In this document: in pieces, positions 49,130 to 63,690 of the stretch
Layout: each line of letters begins with the position of its first letter
Numbering within the stretch: the stretch's first letter is position 1
DNA from: the human T2T-CHM13v2.0 reference genome, Homo sapiens
Reading direction: 5' to 3' (one strand)
DNA length: 64,000 nt
NCBI RefSeq assembly: GCF_009914755.1
Contig: NC_060931.1
Translations under genes and position numbers: made by a program
The notes under the pieces: generated by a model
Seen by the model: the letters and a program-made list of their open reading frames with translations, nothing else
What the model was told of the DNA's origin: nothing
Database searches by the model: none

Positions 49130-50042
49130 GGAACATATTATGTAGGGCCTTGAAGACTCTTGTAAGGATTTGAGCTTTTGTTATGAGTGCCAGAGGAGCC
49201 ACCGGAGGATTATAAGGTAACATGAATATTTTTACTGCTTTGTTGGAAAGTTACTATAGAGGCACATGTATAGAAGTGGAGAGGCTGGTTAATAGCAGTT
49301 ATCCAGGGCAGATTAAAGGGTGTTTGTTAGGCTTGGTGTGGTGGTTCACACCTATATTCCCAGTGCTTTGGGAGGTTGAAGCAGGAGGATCACCTGAGGC
49401 CAGGAATTCATGACCAGACCTGCAACATAGCAAGACCCTATATCTAACAACAACAAAAAAATTAGCTTGGTATGTTGGCATGCATCTATAGTCCCAGCTA
49501 CTTCGGAAGCTGAGGCAGGTCACTTGAGCCCTGGAGTTTGAGTTACAGTGAGCCATTATCATACCACTGCACTCCAGCCTGAGTGACAGAGTGAGAGTCT
49601 GTCTCTAAAGAAGAAACACTAAAAAACAAATATTTGTTTCATGCATGCAGTAGTGTACTTGGTGAGAAGTGGTTGGATTCTGGACATATTTAAAAAGTAA
49701 GGCTGGCAATATTTGCTGATGGAATTTATGTGGTTGCAAGAAAAAGAAAAGGGAGGGGGAGTCAAGGATGGCTCTAAGGTTCTTTCTGGATGAGCAGCTT
49801 AAAGAATGGAGTTACCAATAGCAGAAATATGAAAGATGCAGGAGGGTAGCTTTGAGTTGGAGAGGTGGGGCCAAAATCAGGAACTCATGGGTAGCCATGT
49901 TGAGCTTTAGATGTCTATTGGCCTTCTAAGTGTAGCTGTCAAGTAGGGGGCTGGATGTACATGTCTGGCTGGAGATATAGAGGTGGGAGCTGGCATGAAG
50001 AAAGTATTTAAAGTCATTAAGACTGAATGAGGTCACCAAGGC
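49130..50042 (-). mobile_element. L2 relic interrupted by an Alu
   Basis: Purine-rich L2-like motifs (GAGAAGTGGTTGGATTCTGGACATATTT, GAGTCAAGGATG, CATGTTGAGCTTTAGATGTCT). Confidence 0.65.
49331..49630 (+). mobile_element. AluJ-like
   Basis: Diverged sense Alu dimer. Confidence 0.88.
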
Positions 50043-50883
50043 TGGAATCCTTTGCCTTTATTTTGTCCATTGTTTTTCATCTGTGGGGATCTACTTGTAG
50101 GTCAAGATCCACCTTCTGCATCCTCTGCCCTGTGAAGCCTTGCTCTGCTCTCTCATGCAGGCCCATTGCACTCTCTTCTTACTGTGCTCTATCTACTACA
50201 TTGGATTGCAATTGCTTTTATTTAAAGTAAGTTTGAAGTCCTCCCAATTAGACCAAAGATTTTTATACAGCAAGCCTCATGTCTTCTTTGCCTTTATAGC
50301 TTCTGTTGTATAGCAGATGCTCAATAAAAATGTCTGAAATGATTAATGGTGGATTGATTAAAATATGTTCAAGTGCCCACGTCCAGTACTTTTGGACTGA
50401 GGAAGAGCTGTGTGAACTGAGTGTGGCTGACTGCACTTGAAGGGAAATGCCTTTCAATCATATGCTCCTTACTGAGGTAGAATAAAATTTGGGGTGCAAT
50501 AAATACTATTTAGGGTTTTAAGATTTCCTTGGTATCTATATATAGTAGTAAAAACCAGACTTTGACAATGTGATAACCTACAATGTTCCTATTTTGCATA
50601 AAATGAAGCCAAACAAGAGAACATTAGGTCCAATGCATGTTCTTTTTATTTGTTTTTAAAACTAGTATTCTTTTGTTTTAGTGTATTAGGAAATGAAAGA
50701 AACCATTTATTTTCTATCTATTGAGCTATATTTCAAATAATTTCATGTTACACATTTTATAGATTGGCTTTGTTGGAAAAATAAAACTAGTTAAATGTTT
50801 TTAATCCCACAAATATTTAATTTTTAAGTCACTGATTGAAATTTGGTCACTGGGAATGGAAAATAGAACTTTTTTTTTCTTAA

Positions 50884-51237
<354 letters not shown>

Positions 51238-51891
51238 TAATCTTATTTTGTAACTATAAGACAAAATGAAAATAATTCATCATTTCACTAGTTAGGGATA
51301 GTCACATCCTATTAACATTTAGGTATTTTTCCTAATTCATGTTTTATACATATATATTTATAAACAGAATAAAATGTACATGCAGTATTATATTTTACTT
51401 TTACATTTATTATTTTTTCTGATAACAGATATTTGATAAGATATGATTTTTAATGGTTTCTAGACATTCTATTATAGATACACCACAATTAAAAAATATT
51501 CCCCCCCTATCATTTGGGTTGTTTCTAAATTTTTAAAATAACCATGAAAGTAGATTACTGCATAAAAGACAATAGTATTTTTATGGTTTTTGATATATTT
51601 TTCTAAAATGTTCTCTAAAAGGATTATAACAAATTTACATTGGTATCAAAAGTATATGAGAGTATGTCTCCGTGTACCTTCTCTAACAGCTGGACACATT
51701 ATTAAATACAATCTTTTTGCTAGTTTGAGGTGTTAATCAAATATACCTTTTTAAAAAGTTTTAAAATGTACATTTTTTGATTTTGAAAATTTTTCCATTT
51801 ATTTATTGACTGTATTATTTTTATGTGTGAATTGTCTGTAGATGGCCTTTATTTAACCTTTTTCTGTTGGGTATAGTATCATTTTCATTGA

Positions 51892-52230
<339 letters not shown>

Positions 52231-52918
52231 TATAAAATTGTTTTTATAGGTCAAAACCAGTTGAATATCAGGAACTTCACATGGTTTAACTTAAAATGTT
52301 GTATTTTATATTGGTTGCCAATGTTTTCTGAGTTTGTCCTTTGTTCTTATTATGTCATATTCTTAAGCCTATAACAAGTTTAAAATTTTAATGTAGTTTA
52401 ATTTAGAGATCCCTTCCTTTGTAGCTTCCTCTGTTGCGTTCTTATAGCAAAAGTTTTCTTACCATCTCAAAGGGAGATAAATATTTTTGTAGTTTCATAT
52501 TTTTAAATTGAACTTTAAAAATCCATCTGGAATTTTGTTTTAATGTGTTGTTAAGGCAGGAATCTGTTTACTGAGTGATAGAATCATTATTTACAGATTC
52601 CTGAGCAAAATTCTGTTGTTTAATTTCATGCCCCATTGCTGAAATTACAAAATTACCAAACGTCCTAGGAATGTAATATCTTTGACCCTGATTCTTCATA
52701 AAGTACATTATTCTAGTGACTTAGCTCAGTCGATGCACTTCACAGACCGATAATAATTCAGAGACCTTGATTTTGTCAATGTTAATGATGCTTTTAAGAC
52801 AGAAGCAATAGGGTACACGGTATTGGATTTAATTGATGGTTCTGTTCAGCATAACATTCTGTCATTCATAGAACCTTACTTATTAACCCACATGAACAAT
52901 ATTGTTAAAATTTTCATT

Positions 52919-54310
52919 AGATGCAAAAATCCTCAACAAAATACTAGCTAACCGAATCTAACAGCACATCAAAAAGACAGTACATTATGATCAAGTGGGT
53001 TTCATTCCAGGGATGCAGGGATGATTTAACATATATAAGTGAATAAATGTGATATATCACATAAACAGAATTAAAAATGAAAATCATATGATTATTTCAA
53101 TAGACACAGAAAAAGCATTTTATAAAATCCAGCATGGCTTTATGATAAAAACTCTCAATAAAATAGGCATAGAAGGGGCTTACCTCAAAGTAATAAAAGC
53201 CGTATATGACAAACCCACAGCCAGCATCATGCTGAATGGGGAAAAGTTGAAATCATTTCCCTTGAGAATTGGGATAAGACAAGGATGTCCACTTCCACCA
53301 CTTTTATTCAACATAGTACTGGAAGTCCTAGCCAGAGCAATCAGACAAAAGAAAGAAATAATCCAAATTAGAAAAGAGGAAGTCAAATTGTCACTATTTG
53401 CTGATAGTATGATTGTATGCCTAGAAAACCCTAAAGACTCATCCAAAAAGCTCTTAGATCAAATTCAGTAAAGTCTCAGGATACAAAATCAATGTACGTA
53501 GATCAGTAGCACTGCTATACACTAACAACAACAAAACTGACAATCAAATGAAGAACTCAGTCCCTTTTACAACTGCCAAAAAAAAAAAAAAACCACACAC
53601 ACACACAACTCCCCCCAAAAAACCACCACCAACAAAAAATCTTAGGAATATACTTAACCAATGAGGTGAAAGAGCTCTATAAGGAAAACTGCAAAACACT
53701 GCTGGAAGAAACCATAGATGACACAAACAAATGGAAACAAATCCCAAGCTCAAGGATGGGAAGAATCAATATTGTGAAAATGACCATAATGCCCAAAGCA
53801 ATCTATAGATTCAATGCAATTCCCATCAAAATACCGTCATCATTCTTCGCAGAACTAGAAAAAACAATCCTGAAATTCTTATGGAACCAAAAAAGAGCTC
53901 GCATAGCCAAAGCAATACTAAGCAAAAAGAACAAATCTAGAGGCATCACATTACCCAACTTCAAATTATACTACAAGGCTGTAGTTACCCAAACAGCATG
54001 GTAGTGGTATAAAAACGGGCACATAGACCAATGGAACAGGATAGAGAACCCAGAAATAAAGCCAGACTTCGAGCGAACTGATCTTTGACAAAGCATACAA
54101 AAACATAAATTCAGTAAAAGACACCCTATTCAATAAATGGAGCTGGGAAAACTGGCAAGCCACATGTAGAAGAATAAAACTAGATTCTTATCTCCCACCT
54201 TATACAAAAATCAACTCAAGATGAATCAAAGACTTAAATCTAAAACCTGAAGTCATAACCAAAAGCCACCTGTACCCCAAAAACTATTGAATTAAAAACA
54301 ATTAAAAACA
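52919..54310 (+). mobile_element. Sense L1PB-type fragment (ORF2 RT region joined directly to the extreme 3' end)
   Basis: ORFs 53049-53471 ([17 protein letters not shown]...[19 protein letters not shown]...LFADSMI) and 53666-54004 are L1 ORF2p relics. Confidence 0.92.
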
Positions 54311-54313
54311 AGA

Positions 54314-54712
<399 letters not shown>

Positions 54713-54744
54713 TTATTCATTCACCCTTGTTTTGGTGCTATGTG

Positions 54745-55841
54745 TTTTTTTAAATTGTGGTAAAATACACATAACATAAAATTTACCATTTTAAGCATTT
54801 TAAAATGTACAGTTCTGTGGCATTAGGTACATTCGTACTGCTGTGCAATCATCACCACTATCCATCTCCAGAACTTTTTCATCTTTACAAGACTGTATCT
54901 CTCAACCCCCTCCCCCAGCCCCTGGAAACCACCATTCAACTTTGGGTCTCTACAAATCTGACTACTCTAGGAATCTCATCTAAAAAGAATAGTTTTTAGA
55001 GTACAGGTGGTTTTTGCTTACATGGATAAGTTCTTTAGTGGTGATTTCTGTGATTTTGGTGCACCTGTCATCGAGAAGTATATACTGTACCCAATATATA
55101 GCCTTTTGTCCCTCACCCCTCTCCCAACCATCCCCTCCTGCCAGTCCCCAAAGTCCATGTCATCATTCTTATGCTTTTGCATCTTCATAGCTTAGCTCTC
55201 ACTTATAAGTGAGAACATACCATATTTGGTTGTCTAAGTTACTTCACTTAGAATAATGGCCTCCTGCTCTATCCAAGTTGCTGCAAAATACATTGTTTCA
55301 TTCCTTTTTATGGCTGAGTTGTGTTCCATGGTGTGTATACACATTTTCTTTATCCACTCATTGGTTGATGGGCACTTAGGTTGGTTTCATATCTTTGCAA
55401 ATGACATGAATAGACAATTCTCAAAAGAAGATTTTTTTTTCTTCAGCCAACAAACATATAAAAAAGTGCTCGACATCACTAATCATCAGGGAATGCTACT
55501 CAGCCATAAAAATAAACAAACTAAGCTATAATGTCTTTTTTTTTTTGAGACCGAGTCTTGCTGTGTTGCCCAGGCTGGAGTGCAGTGGTCTCGGCTCACT
55601 GCAACCTCTGTCTCCTGGGTTTAAGTTATTCTCCTGCCTCAGTCTCCTGAGTAGCTGGGATTGTAGGTGCCTGCCACCCACACCTGGCTAATTTTTGTAT
55701 TTTTAGTGGAGATGGGATTTCACCACATTGGCCAGGCTGGTTTTGAACTTCTGACCTCAAGCGATCCACCTGCCTCGGCTTTCCAAAATGCTGAGATTAC
55801 AGGCGTGAGCCACCATCCCCAGCCTATAATGTCTTTTGCAA
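54745..55841 (-). mobile_element. L1MB-type 3' end (54745-54980) and a rearranged L1PB-type insertion (54990-55841)
   Basis: TAAATTGTGGTAAAATACACATAACATAAAATTTACCA (L1MB 3' end); GTACAGGTGGTTTTTGCTTACATGGATAAGTTC (L1PB 3' end); sense pieces from ~55403. Confidence 0.8.
55535..55824 (-). mobile_element. AluS-like
   Basis: Antisense dimer; TSD CTATAATGTCTTTT. Confidence 0.92.
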
Positions 55842-57160
55842 TTGATTTTTTAAAAAGTAAATTGCTTAAGTTCTATAATTACCTTAGCTGTCAAGACATT
55901 CTGGTGAAATTTGTTCTTTTGGTGAGGGAAGACCCTGGCTACTCTCTTTACCACTTGAACACGTGAAATACCAGTAAAAAGTGTTTTTAGAGAGTCTGAA
56001 GAAATATATGTATTCTCTATTATCCAAACTCTTCCTATTTGAACTCAGAAACTTAATAGGTTCAGATAATTTTTTAGATAAATGGCTTGTATCTAAATTG
56101 TTGCCATTTGCTATCTAAATTGATGGAATAAAACTGATTTAGTAATAAGCCTTTCAACTCAAAGACCAACTCAATTTAGATAAGGAGGAATACTTGTATT
56201 GGGTAATGCTAGCTTTTCTGTATGATGGACTGTTCAAAGGATGAAGATGAAATGGAAATGCCTGTTTGAATTCAAAGAACTGATGAATCTCACATTCTCT
56301 GAGAAACCCCCGCCAGAGGTCTGCGCTTTAGCACCCTAGAGTTGCCTGAGGACTCATTGGGTTCGTAGGGCTTAGTGGGGCTAGCTAGAATGCGGAACAG
56401 ACTACAGTCACAACTCAGAGGGAAGGGAAGATTTGCTCTCTTGAAATGGGCTTGTCAGAGCTGAAAGTTGGGATTTCCATGGCCACTAGATGGCTTCAGT
56501 TACCTGCAAAGAAAGGTTCAAACCCAAAGGTACTCTGGGGTTGCTTTTCATACTTTAAGAAGATCATTCCATTTTTGGACTATTTGTTTTCTGAGGGGTA
56601 GATGGCAGAAGCAATTGATAAAACTTAAAGTTTTTGAGGATTATCTAGTCTTACCTTCTCATTTTACATATAAAGAATATTTAGGAAAGCTTTCCCAAGT
56701 TGACTGAGCTCTACAGGAGCAGCATCAGAGCCAGACTCAAGTCTCCTGCGTCCTAGTCTAGTTCTTTAGCTGTTGAACCAGTGACAACAATCTATTTTTT
56801 ATTCCTCTCAAGTAATATGACAGGGTTGCATGTCACTGACTATGCCTGAGTCCTGGAGATGATGTGTATTGGAATGTTGTGTTTAAGGCAGGTGGTGAAG
56901 TGGATGCTGGTGACCATCTTATGGGCAGAACTGAGCAATGGTAGTATCTACTCCCAACCCAGTTGAGCTTTTAGATTAATGAAATGACTACCTGCCATGA
57001 TCCACTGTTGGGGAGTTTTAAACATTTTTGTTCATTCTAAATAATCCTAGACTCTTACATGCCTTATCTGTTATATACTTTATGTCCTTTTCTCTTCTTC
57101 AGATGAATAGCAACATTTAAACATCTTCTTTTCTCTCACAATTTTTCTATTTTTGTTTAC

Positions 57161-57271
57161 TTTTAGAGACAAGGTCTTGCTATGTTGCCCAAGCTGGATT
57201 CAAACTCCTGGGCTTAAGTGATTCTTTGCCTCTTCAAGTAGCTGGGAGTACAGGCTTGTGCTACTGTGCCC
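57161..57271 (-). mobile_element. Alu monomer (FLAM/AluJ fragment)
   Basis: TTTAGAGACAAGGTCTTGCTATGTTGCCCAAGCTGG... Confidence 0.8.
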
Positions 57272-58353
57272 AATTTATTATTTTTGATTAATATCTAACC
57301 TTTAGAACCAAGTAGAAAATACTTTAAAAAAAAATCAAAAGTTTCTGTAGAAAACCTAACAAACAAAAGTGAGTCAAACAAATCCATTATGTATCAACTC
57401 AAAATGGCTTATCACGATGTTGAATTTTTTTGTTTTTATGGCAAACTTAGGGAGGAAGCAAATACAGTATTCATCTCAGCTACTTTTTATGACATGTTCA
57501 CAAAAACAACTTTAAAAAAATTGTGTGCTAAAATTATCCTTAATTTATATATTATGGCTAGTTTCTAGAGTAAAACAGACCTCAGGGAGCCTAAGAGAGA
57601 AGGAAGAGTGAAAGAATGGGGAATAAAAAAGATAATGAGGATGAGAAGAGTGATAGAGAAAGAGCTAGTAAATGGGACAATTGGCTGCTTCTAGCTAAAA
57701 GTGAAGAGAAAGAGAGAACAAACCAGAGGGCCACTTGAATAGGAGAGCGTGTGAAGGAAGCTGTGATGGGAGGACCTGGGAAAGAGGGCAAACATGAATC
57801 CTAAGGGTAGAGAGGGAAAAGGATGAGGAAAGACCGGGGGCACTTTTTTTTTCGCAAGACCTCCGATGGCTTCCCACATCAACTTCGTTGGTTTTCTGTC
57901 CCCTGGGTTGTCCTGTCTTCACTCCTGTGCCTCCTTCCTGGTCTTCAGCCAGCCAGCAGCCCCGCTCCATCTCTTGGTCCATTGTACCTCCAAAGTGTTG
58001 TTCACATGCTTATTACGGAAATGCCAAGTAGTAGCTGGAAGGAGGATTAAAAACAGTACTTAAAATGCTCTTAGAGCAGGATTTGCTTTGTAGTTAGGTC
58101 CCCAAAAGTGGTAGCTATTATAATAATTAAGCTTTTTTCCCGGCCTTAGTGGACCTTAACATTGGGAATACTTCTGTAAATACAAATCGTGTTTGAAACA
58201 TTTGAATTGAGTCTTTGAAGTAAAACTTTAGAAATAGATATATAGTTATTTTCTTAATGGTGTGTTGATGCTGAATTGAGTAAAAATGTAGTTGGTCAAG
58301 ACTAACTCTACTGAAATTTAAAATTATGTCTCATTTTCTCTTCCTTACTGTAG

Positions 58354-58535
58354 TGATTTAAAGGGAGTGATAGTCACTCTGAGTGATGATGGTCACTTGC
58401 AGTGTTCATACCTGGGGACAGATCCTTCTCTGTTCCAAGCTCCAAACGTTCAATCTCGAGAACTAAACTATGATGAACTTGATGTAGAAATGAAAGAACT
58501 TCAGAAAATCATCAAAGATGTTAACAAATCACAAG
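58354..58535 (+). CDS. BBS9: BBS9 internal coding exon (182 nt; probably exon 10 of the canonical transcript)
   Basis: Pyrimidine tract and TAG acceptor (58351-58353), CAAG|GTATC donor. Translates as (x)DLKGVIVTLSDDGHLQCSYLGTDPSLFQAPNVQSRELNYDELDVEMKELQKIIKDVNKSQ, which I recognise as BBS9/PTHB1. Starts in phase 2, ends in phase 1. Exon number is from recollection. Confidence 0.96.
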
Positions 58536-60954
58536 GTATCTCATTTGCAGCTTTTTATTATTTTAGTATTCATTATGAAATTCATATTATCTTGTAGATA
58601 GATATTATTTTGTGTATTTGTTAATTTTCTCCTCTAGGCTTAATTAAAATCATATTTGTAAAAACAGTATTGCTCTTTAGCACACAAGGTCTTTATGTCT
58701 ACTTTGTATGTTATGGCTTCTGAAAACGTATTTTATTTAAGAAAGTGCTTTTGTTGTTAATGTTTCATGGACAGCACTATCTAGTTTTTTTCTTTACATG
58801 CTAAGAAAGGAAGAAGTACTTCTTTGGGTGGTGGTTTTAGGCCTTGAGAAGAGCATTAAAATTTAGAGTGGTCATTTATTAACTTCTTATACTCCTGAAA
58901 CAACTTTAGTTCTTCTTTTAAAAGAAACCAAAGCACATGAGCTACCATTTTGCTACTAAAAATGTAGTCATTTGCAGCTTAGTGACATAATTTATGTTTG
59001 TAGTTAATTAACCATCCAAATGGTGTGTAGCTTGCGGTATGCTGATTTCTAATGACTCAGAGGCTGATGATATTTTCAGTTCCCGAGTTTTGAATAACTC
59101 AATATTATCTTACTTTGGGACTCAAAAGGGTATAATTTTTTTTTGTAAATTAAAAGGAGAAACAAAACACCAATCCTGCAGTTTGAGTTGGACATGTGAA
59201 AAGCATTACTTCAAGTTCCCTTTTCAGGGTCAGGTAAAAGTATTTTTTTAATGTGAAAAAATATGGACTATTTTCACATAAAAGAAATGTTAAAACAAGT
59301 AGGAATAATAAAAGAAGCAGAGCATCAAAAGCCAACCAAAACAACAGAGCCAATCTTAATCCTGATCCAATCATTTTACTAGATTTATGTACTTTTGAGT
59401 CTATGTTACCAACATTGTATTCCTCTGGTCCTGAGGAATTGAGATAATATATTTTTAAAATACAAATATTAAAATAAAGTTATTATGCTTTGGTTTCACA
59501 CATTCTTTTAGAAAGTTTTGAAAGTAAACCAGTGAAGTTCAGGTCTTTCAAGTACCTCCAATTACTTAAAAATCTATTTGTTGTCAGCGCTGCCATGTCA
59601 AATAGAGAGTGGTTAAAATGGGATGTGTCATATCGCAGTATATAATTTTTTGTTTCAATTTTTGTTACTAGCATTTTTGGGAATAATAGAATTATAAGTC
59701 TTGTTTTGTCATTTAAAAATATAATTGGGGAAGGGTGGCATAGGCATGAAACATGAAATTTCCAGAGTTCATTAAATAATATGGCTTTCATTTCAAATTT
59801 TGTCCTGAGATTTTGCCCTTTCCATAGTAATGTTCCAATAATATTTTGATTAACATTAATTGAATATGAAATTTCTCAGAAAATCCCTTACAGCTAAAAG
59901 TTATTTCTTGGTGGTTATAGTGATGACCTTGGGTGAGAAAGTTTAGGCTGTTTTACTTGTCATTACCTTGATCCTTCAGTATGTCTTAAAATAACCGCTA
60001 ATTAAGATAGGGATACACCCACAGACTTAGGTGTAAAGTGCATGATTTACATAACCTCAATTTTTAATTAATGTTTGAAGTTCCTTGCCCCTTCTATGCC
60101 ACCATCATTTAGTTTTATTTCTGGGAAAGAAACAAAGGGAAACTTTTTAAACTGAGAGGTATTTAAAACATTTTATTTCTAGATATGGAAAAAAATTTAG
60201 TAACTTGTACCCTTATAAAACCATGGTATGTTTGTTTATTAAAATACCTGTAATTAATAAAGGCACAAAATTGTTTTATTACAGTTTTAGCTTCTCTTTA
60301 TTATGAGAAGTTAAAATGCTGAACTTTTTGATGACCCCATTATTCATTTTAATGTCACTTATTTTAGTTTGGGGGCTTTAACTTACAAAAAATGTTCATA
60401 GCCTTGTGGGTTATGTTCAGTACTTAAAGCTTTTAAAAGTGTTTTCAAAGGAAGAGTTGCAGCAAAATTTAAAGCCAGTTTAAAGAGTACATTTTGTTGT
60501 ACACATGGTGTATATTATCTACCGTAATAAAAGTGTTTTTGAAGCTGATTTTATGTGTGTAAGTTATAAGAGGAATGTATGTTGTAAGCATGAAATCATA
60601 GTAATAATTTCTGTATGGCTCATGGATTCTGAAGCTTTTCATACTCAACTCATTAATGTGAATCCTGCCTAGTATTTTTGTTACCAGTAGTCAACAACAT
60701 CTACTCGTAGGAACTTTCGAAGACAGAATTTTATTTATGATTTAGATAGTTGATCATGTTGTCTACCTGGCATGAGTATGAAGGACTGGGTGCAACATTG
60801 AGATAGGTGCCCATACAGCTGTGTCTTCAGAAAGGGACAGAGAGCAGTAAGACGTGGGGATATAAATGAAAGTCTGCACTCCATTTGAAATGTCCAGGAT
60901 AACTAAGCTGATGATAACACTGAGTAGTAGAATCATTTGTATTTTGTGACATTG

Positions 60955-61880
60955 TTCATTTAGGATTCTGTCTGGCTACATGTCACAAGATACCCAAATA
61001 AGATAGAGGTTTCTTTCTTTCTCTTGCAAAAGAAACCTAGTGATGGGCAGTCCAGGGTTGGCTTGGCAGTTCCACAGTCATCAGAGACTCTTGATTCCTT
61101 CTATCTCGGAGTCATATATTGGTCCTGCATGGCTTTTGGAACTCCTGCCCTCGCATCTGCTGCTGAGTCAGCCCCCTTAAGGAGCTTTCTTGGAAGCCAC
61201 ACCCTGAATGGCTCCTACTTAAATCTCACCAGCCACTCCAAGCTGCAAAACTGGCTGGGGAATTACATGACTTAGCTGAGTATTTTGTTGCTTAGAATAA
61301 AGTTGGGCTTTAAGTAAAGAAGAATTGAAGAATGGTTATTGGGATGGGCAATGAACAGCCATTTGTACTCTCATTAAGTTATGGAAATTCCCATTCCAAA
61401 TCGTGCAGTTTGGTGGGAATGCCTGATAGCAGTTGTAGGCAGTTCCTTTTTTTGTGAGATAGCTGATTCATATTTTCAGTCAGCCATCCTCAGAGTGTGG
61501 GGAATGTTTCCTCTCAGGGTCACAGGGTGATCTCAGCAATTCTAGGTGTTATGTGCAGATATGATTTCCAGGGAAGAATCATCAGGCTATTTCTCCTGAG
61601 TCTCTCCTCTTATTAGGGAGGAATAGCTTTCCCAGAAACATGTGCCAGCTCTCTCCACTCCCAACTTCCCTTACCTTCCATCTGCCAGGATTAAGTCCCA
61701 TGTTCATGGCTAAAACAACAAATGGTCAGTGGAAGGAAATCATGATGATTGGATTTGACCGTGGAGCCTGGAAGGGGTGACTTTCTCTGAGATGAAGGTG
61801 AATAGCTCCACAAAATTAGGGTTCCAATACACAGAGGGAGGAGGGAAGAATGGATGTTAAGTAGGTAGCCAATAGTTTGA
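60955..61880. mobile_element. Old MaLR (MLT1-type) LTR fragments
   Basis: MLT1-like motifs (TAGGATTCTGTCTGGCTACA..., GCCAGGATTAAGTCCCATG..., CAAAATTAGGGTTC). Boundaries approximate. Confidence 0.5.
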
Positions 61881-61959
61881 TATGTATATATATTATATAT
61901 ATGAATATATATAATTTAAAAATGTTTTTTGTTTAAGATCTTTGTTGATACTATGAATA

Positions 61960-62535
61960 AATATCTCATTATGCAACATAAACATGTTTAAAATTATGAA
62001 AATAACATGTGTATGGTAAAAATAATTCAGTACTAAAAGGATAAATAATGAAAGGTGAATCTTTGTTCAACCCAAGATCCTAGTTTCACTCCTTAAAGGC
62101 AATCCTTATCAAGAGCTTTTGTGTATTTGTCTAGAAAATATTCATGTTTATGTAATTGTTTTGACACAAATATGTGCATATTAGACACATTGTACTACAT
62201 CTTGCTTTTTAAAAGTTAATAGATATATTTTGGAGTTTTTAAAATATCAGTATGTAAAGATGGACAGCACCCTTATTTATGACTTTGGGACATTGCATAG
62301 TACAGATATACCATGATTTATTTAATAATTAGCCTATTAATAGATATATAGATATTTAGGTTGTTTTCATTTCTGAAAAAATAACTACTAACATTAGAGA
62401 CCTCCTTGGGCATGGTTATGGGTATTGGATACATTCTTGGGAGTAGAATTAAGTCACAGGATATGTACATTTTACATTTTGCTAGTTCTAGCCAACTTAC
62501 CTTCACAAGGGCTGTACTAATTTGGGCTTCCACTA
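61960..62535 (-). mobile_element. L1ME-type 3' fragment
   Basis: Antisense ancient L1 3' UTR motifs (ATATACCATGATTTATTTAA, ATTTAGGTTGTTTTCATTT). Confidence 0.6.
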
Positions 62536-62809
62536 GTAGTTACAGAGAGGGCATTGAGATTCCTAATGCTGGTCAGTCAATGGCTCACATCTTAGCAAAT
62601 ATCTGCAGAAAAAGACAATATTTTTTACCATATTATAGAGGGAAAGAATTAGCATCAAGCTTCTAATACTGTAATGCATTAGTTTTTTCAACTTGTGAGT
62701 ATGTTTATGGGGTTTTTTTTATATGTGGTATAGACAAACCTTTAAGGAAAAACTATATATAGAAAGTTTTACTTTATGATTAAATAATTTTTCTTTTTTT
62801 AAATCACAG

Positions 62810-62886
62810 GTGTTTGGCCCATGACTGAGAGAGAAGATGACTTGAACGTTTCTGTCGTGGTTTCTCCTAACTTTGATTCAGTTTCT
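62810..62886 (+). CDS. BBS9: BBS9 internal coding exon (77 nt; next exon, probably exon 11)
   Basis: TTTTTTTAAATCACAG acceptor, TCT|GTAGGT donor. In frame with the previous exon (G+GT = Gly) and encodes GVWPMTEREDDLNVSVVVSPNFDSVS, matching BBS9. Confidence 0.95.
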
Positions 62887-63339
62887 GTAGGTGTACTTGC
62901 AGATTTTAAAGGGGTTTATAAGAGTGGTAAACTCTGATGAATTAGGACCAAAATGCATTGGTTTAAAGTTTGGTCCTCCAAGTAGACACTTCAGGGAGGA
63001 TAACAAATTGTAGGCCTTGTTATTTTCTAGATAAAAACATTAGTAGCCCCTTAGTGCCAGTAAGGAGCTCCTTGGGCAGGATTTCTGTTTTAAAAAGAAG
63101 TGGGGTTGTAGGGGAAGAGAGAGCAGTAGGAGGGCTTCTTGCCCTAGTTCTAATCCTACTTAAAAAAATTTTTTTTCAAACTTTCTTAGTACCATAGCAT
63201 TGACGTAATACTAATGTAGCTGAATAATACTGACCCTACCAGATTTTTGTTGGAGATTCAGTTAGATAAGGTTTGTGAGTGGCCTAGCTCAAAGTTTGAT
63301 GATTTCTAGTCTTTAATACATTATGGTGGTGGTGGTGGT

Positions 63340-63690
63340 AGGGTAGCTTAAGAGTATATAGTTGGTCCAATACTTAATTTTTCCCCTGTTTCTATCTGTG
63401 TGACACAAGGCAAGGTACTTAATTTTCTTAGTCTCAATTTTCTCATCCACAAAATGGGAATAATAATAGAATCTACTTTGTTGAATGTTATGATAATTGT
63501 TATGATTGTCATTATCATCAAATTACATTTTACTTCTTTCTACATTATAATAATCATCAACATCATCATAATCATTATGATTATCACAACCATCTATGTC
63601 CATGAGTTGTCTTGTTCACTGCTGTATCCTTAGTGCTTGCCAAATAATGGGTGCTCAATATATATTTGCTCTATGAATAAGTGAATTAAT
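63340..63690 (+). mobile_element. MIR fragment, (ATC/ATT)n low-complexity tract and L2 3' end
   Basis: CTCAATTTTCTCATCCACAAAATGGGAATAATAATAG (MIR); CTTGTTCACTGCTGTATCC...GGTGCTCAATATATATTTG (L2). Confidence 0.65.

Noticed and set aside
53049-54004. Reverse-transcriptase-like ORFs as a novel RT system
   Set aside because: They are fragmented LINE-1 ORF2p with stops, and the catalytic FADD motif is altered to FADS.
58367-58597. ORF-track boundaries as a stand-alone gene
   Set aside because: It is the BBS9 exon read through its donor site; the true limits are 58354-58535.
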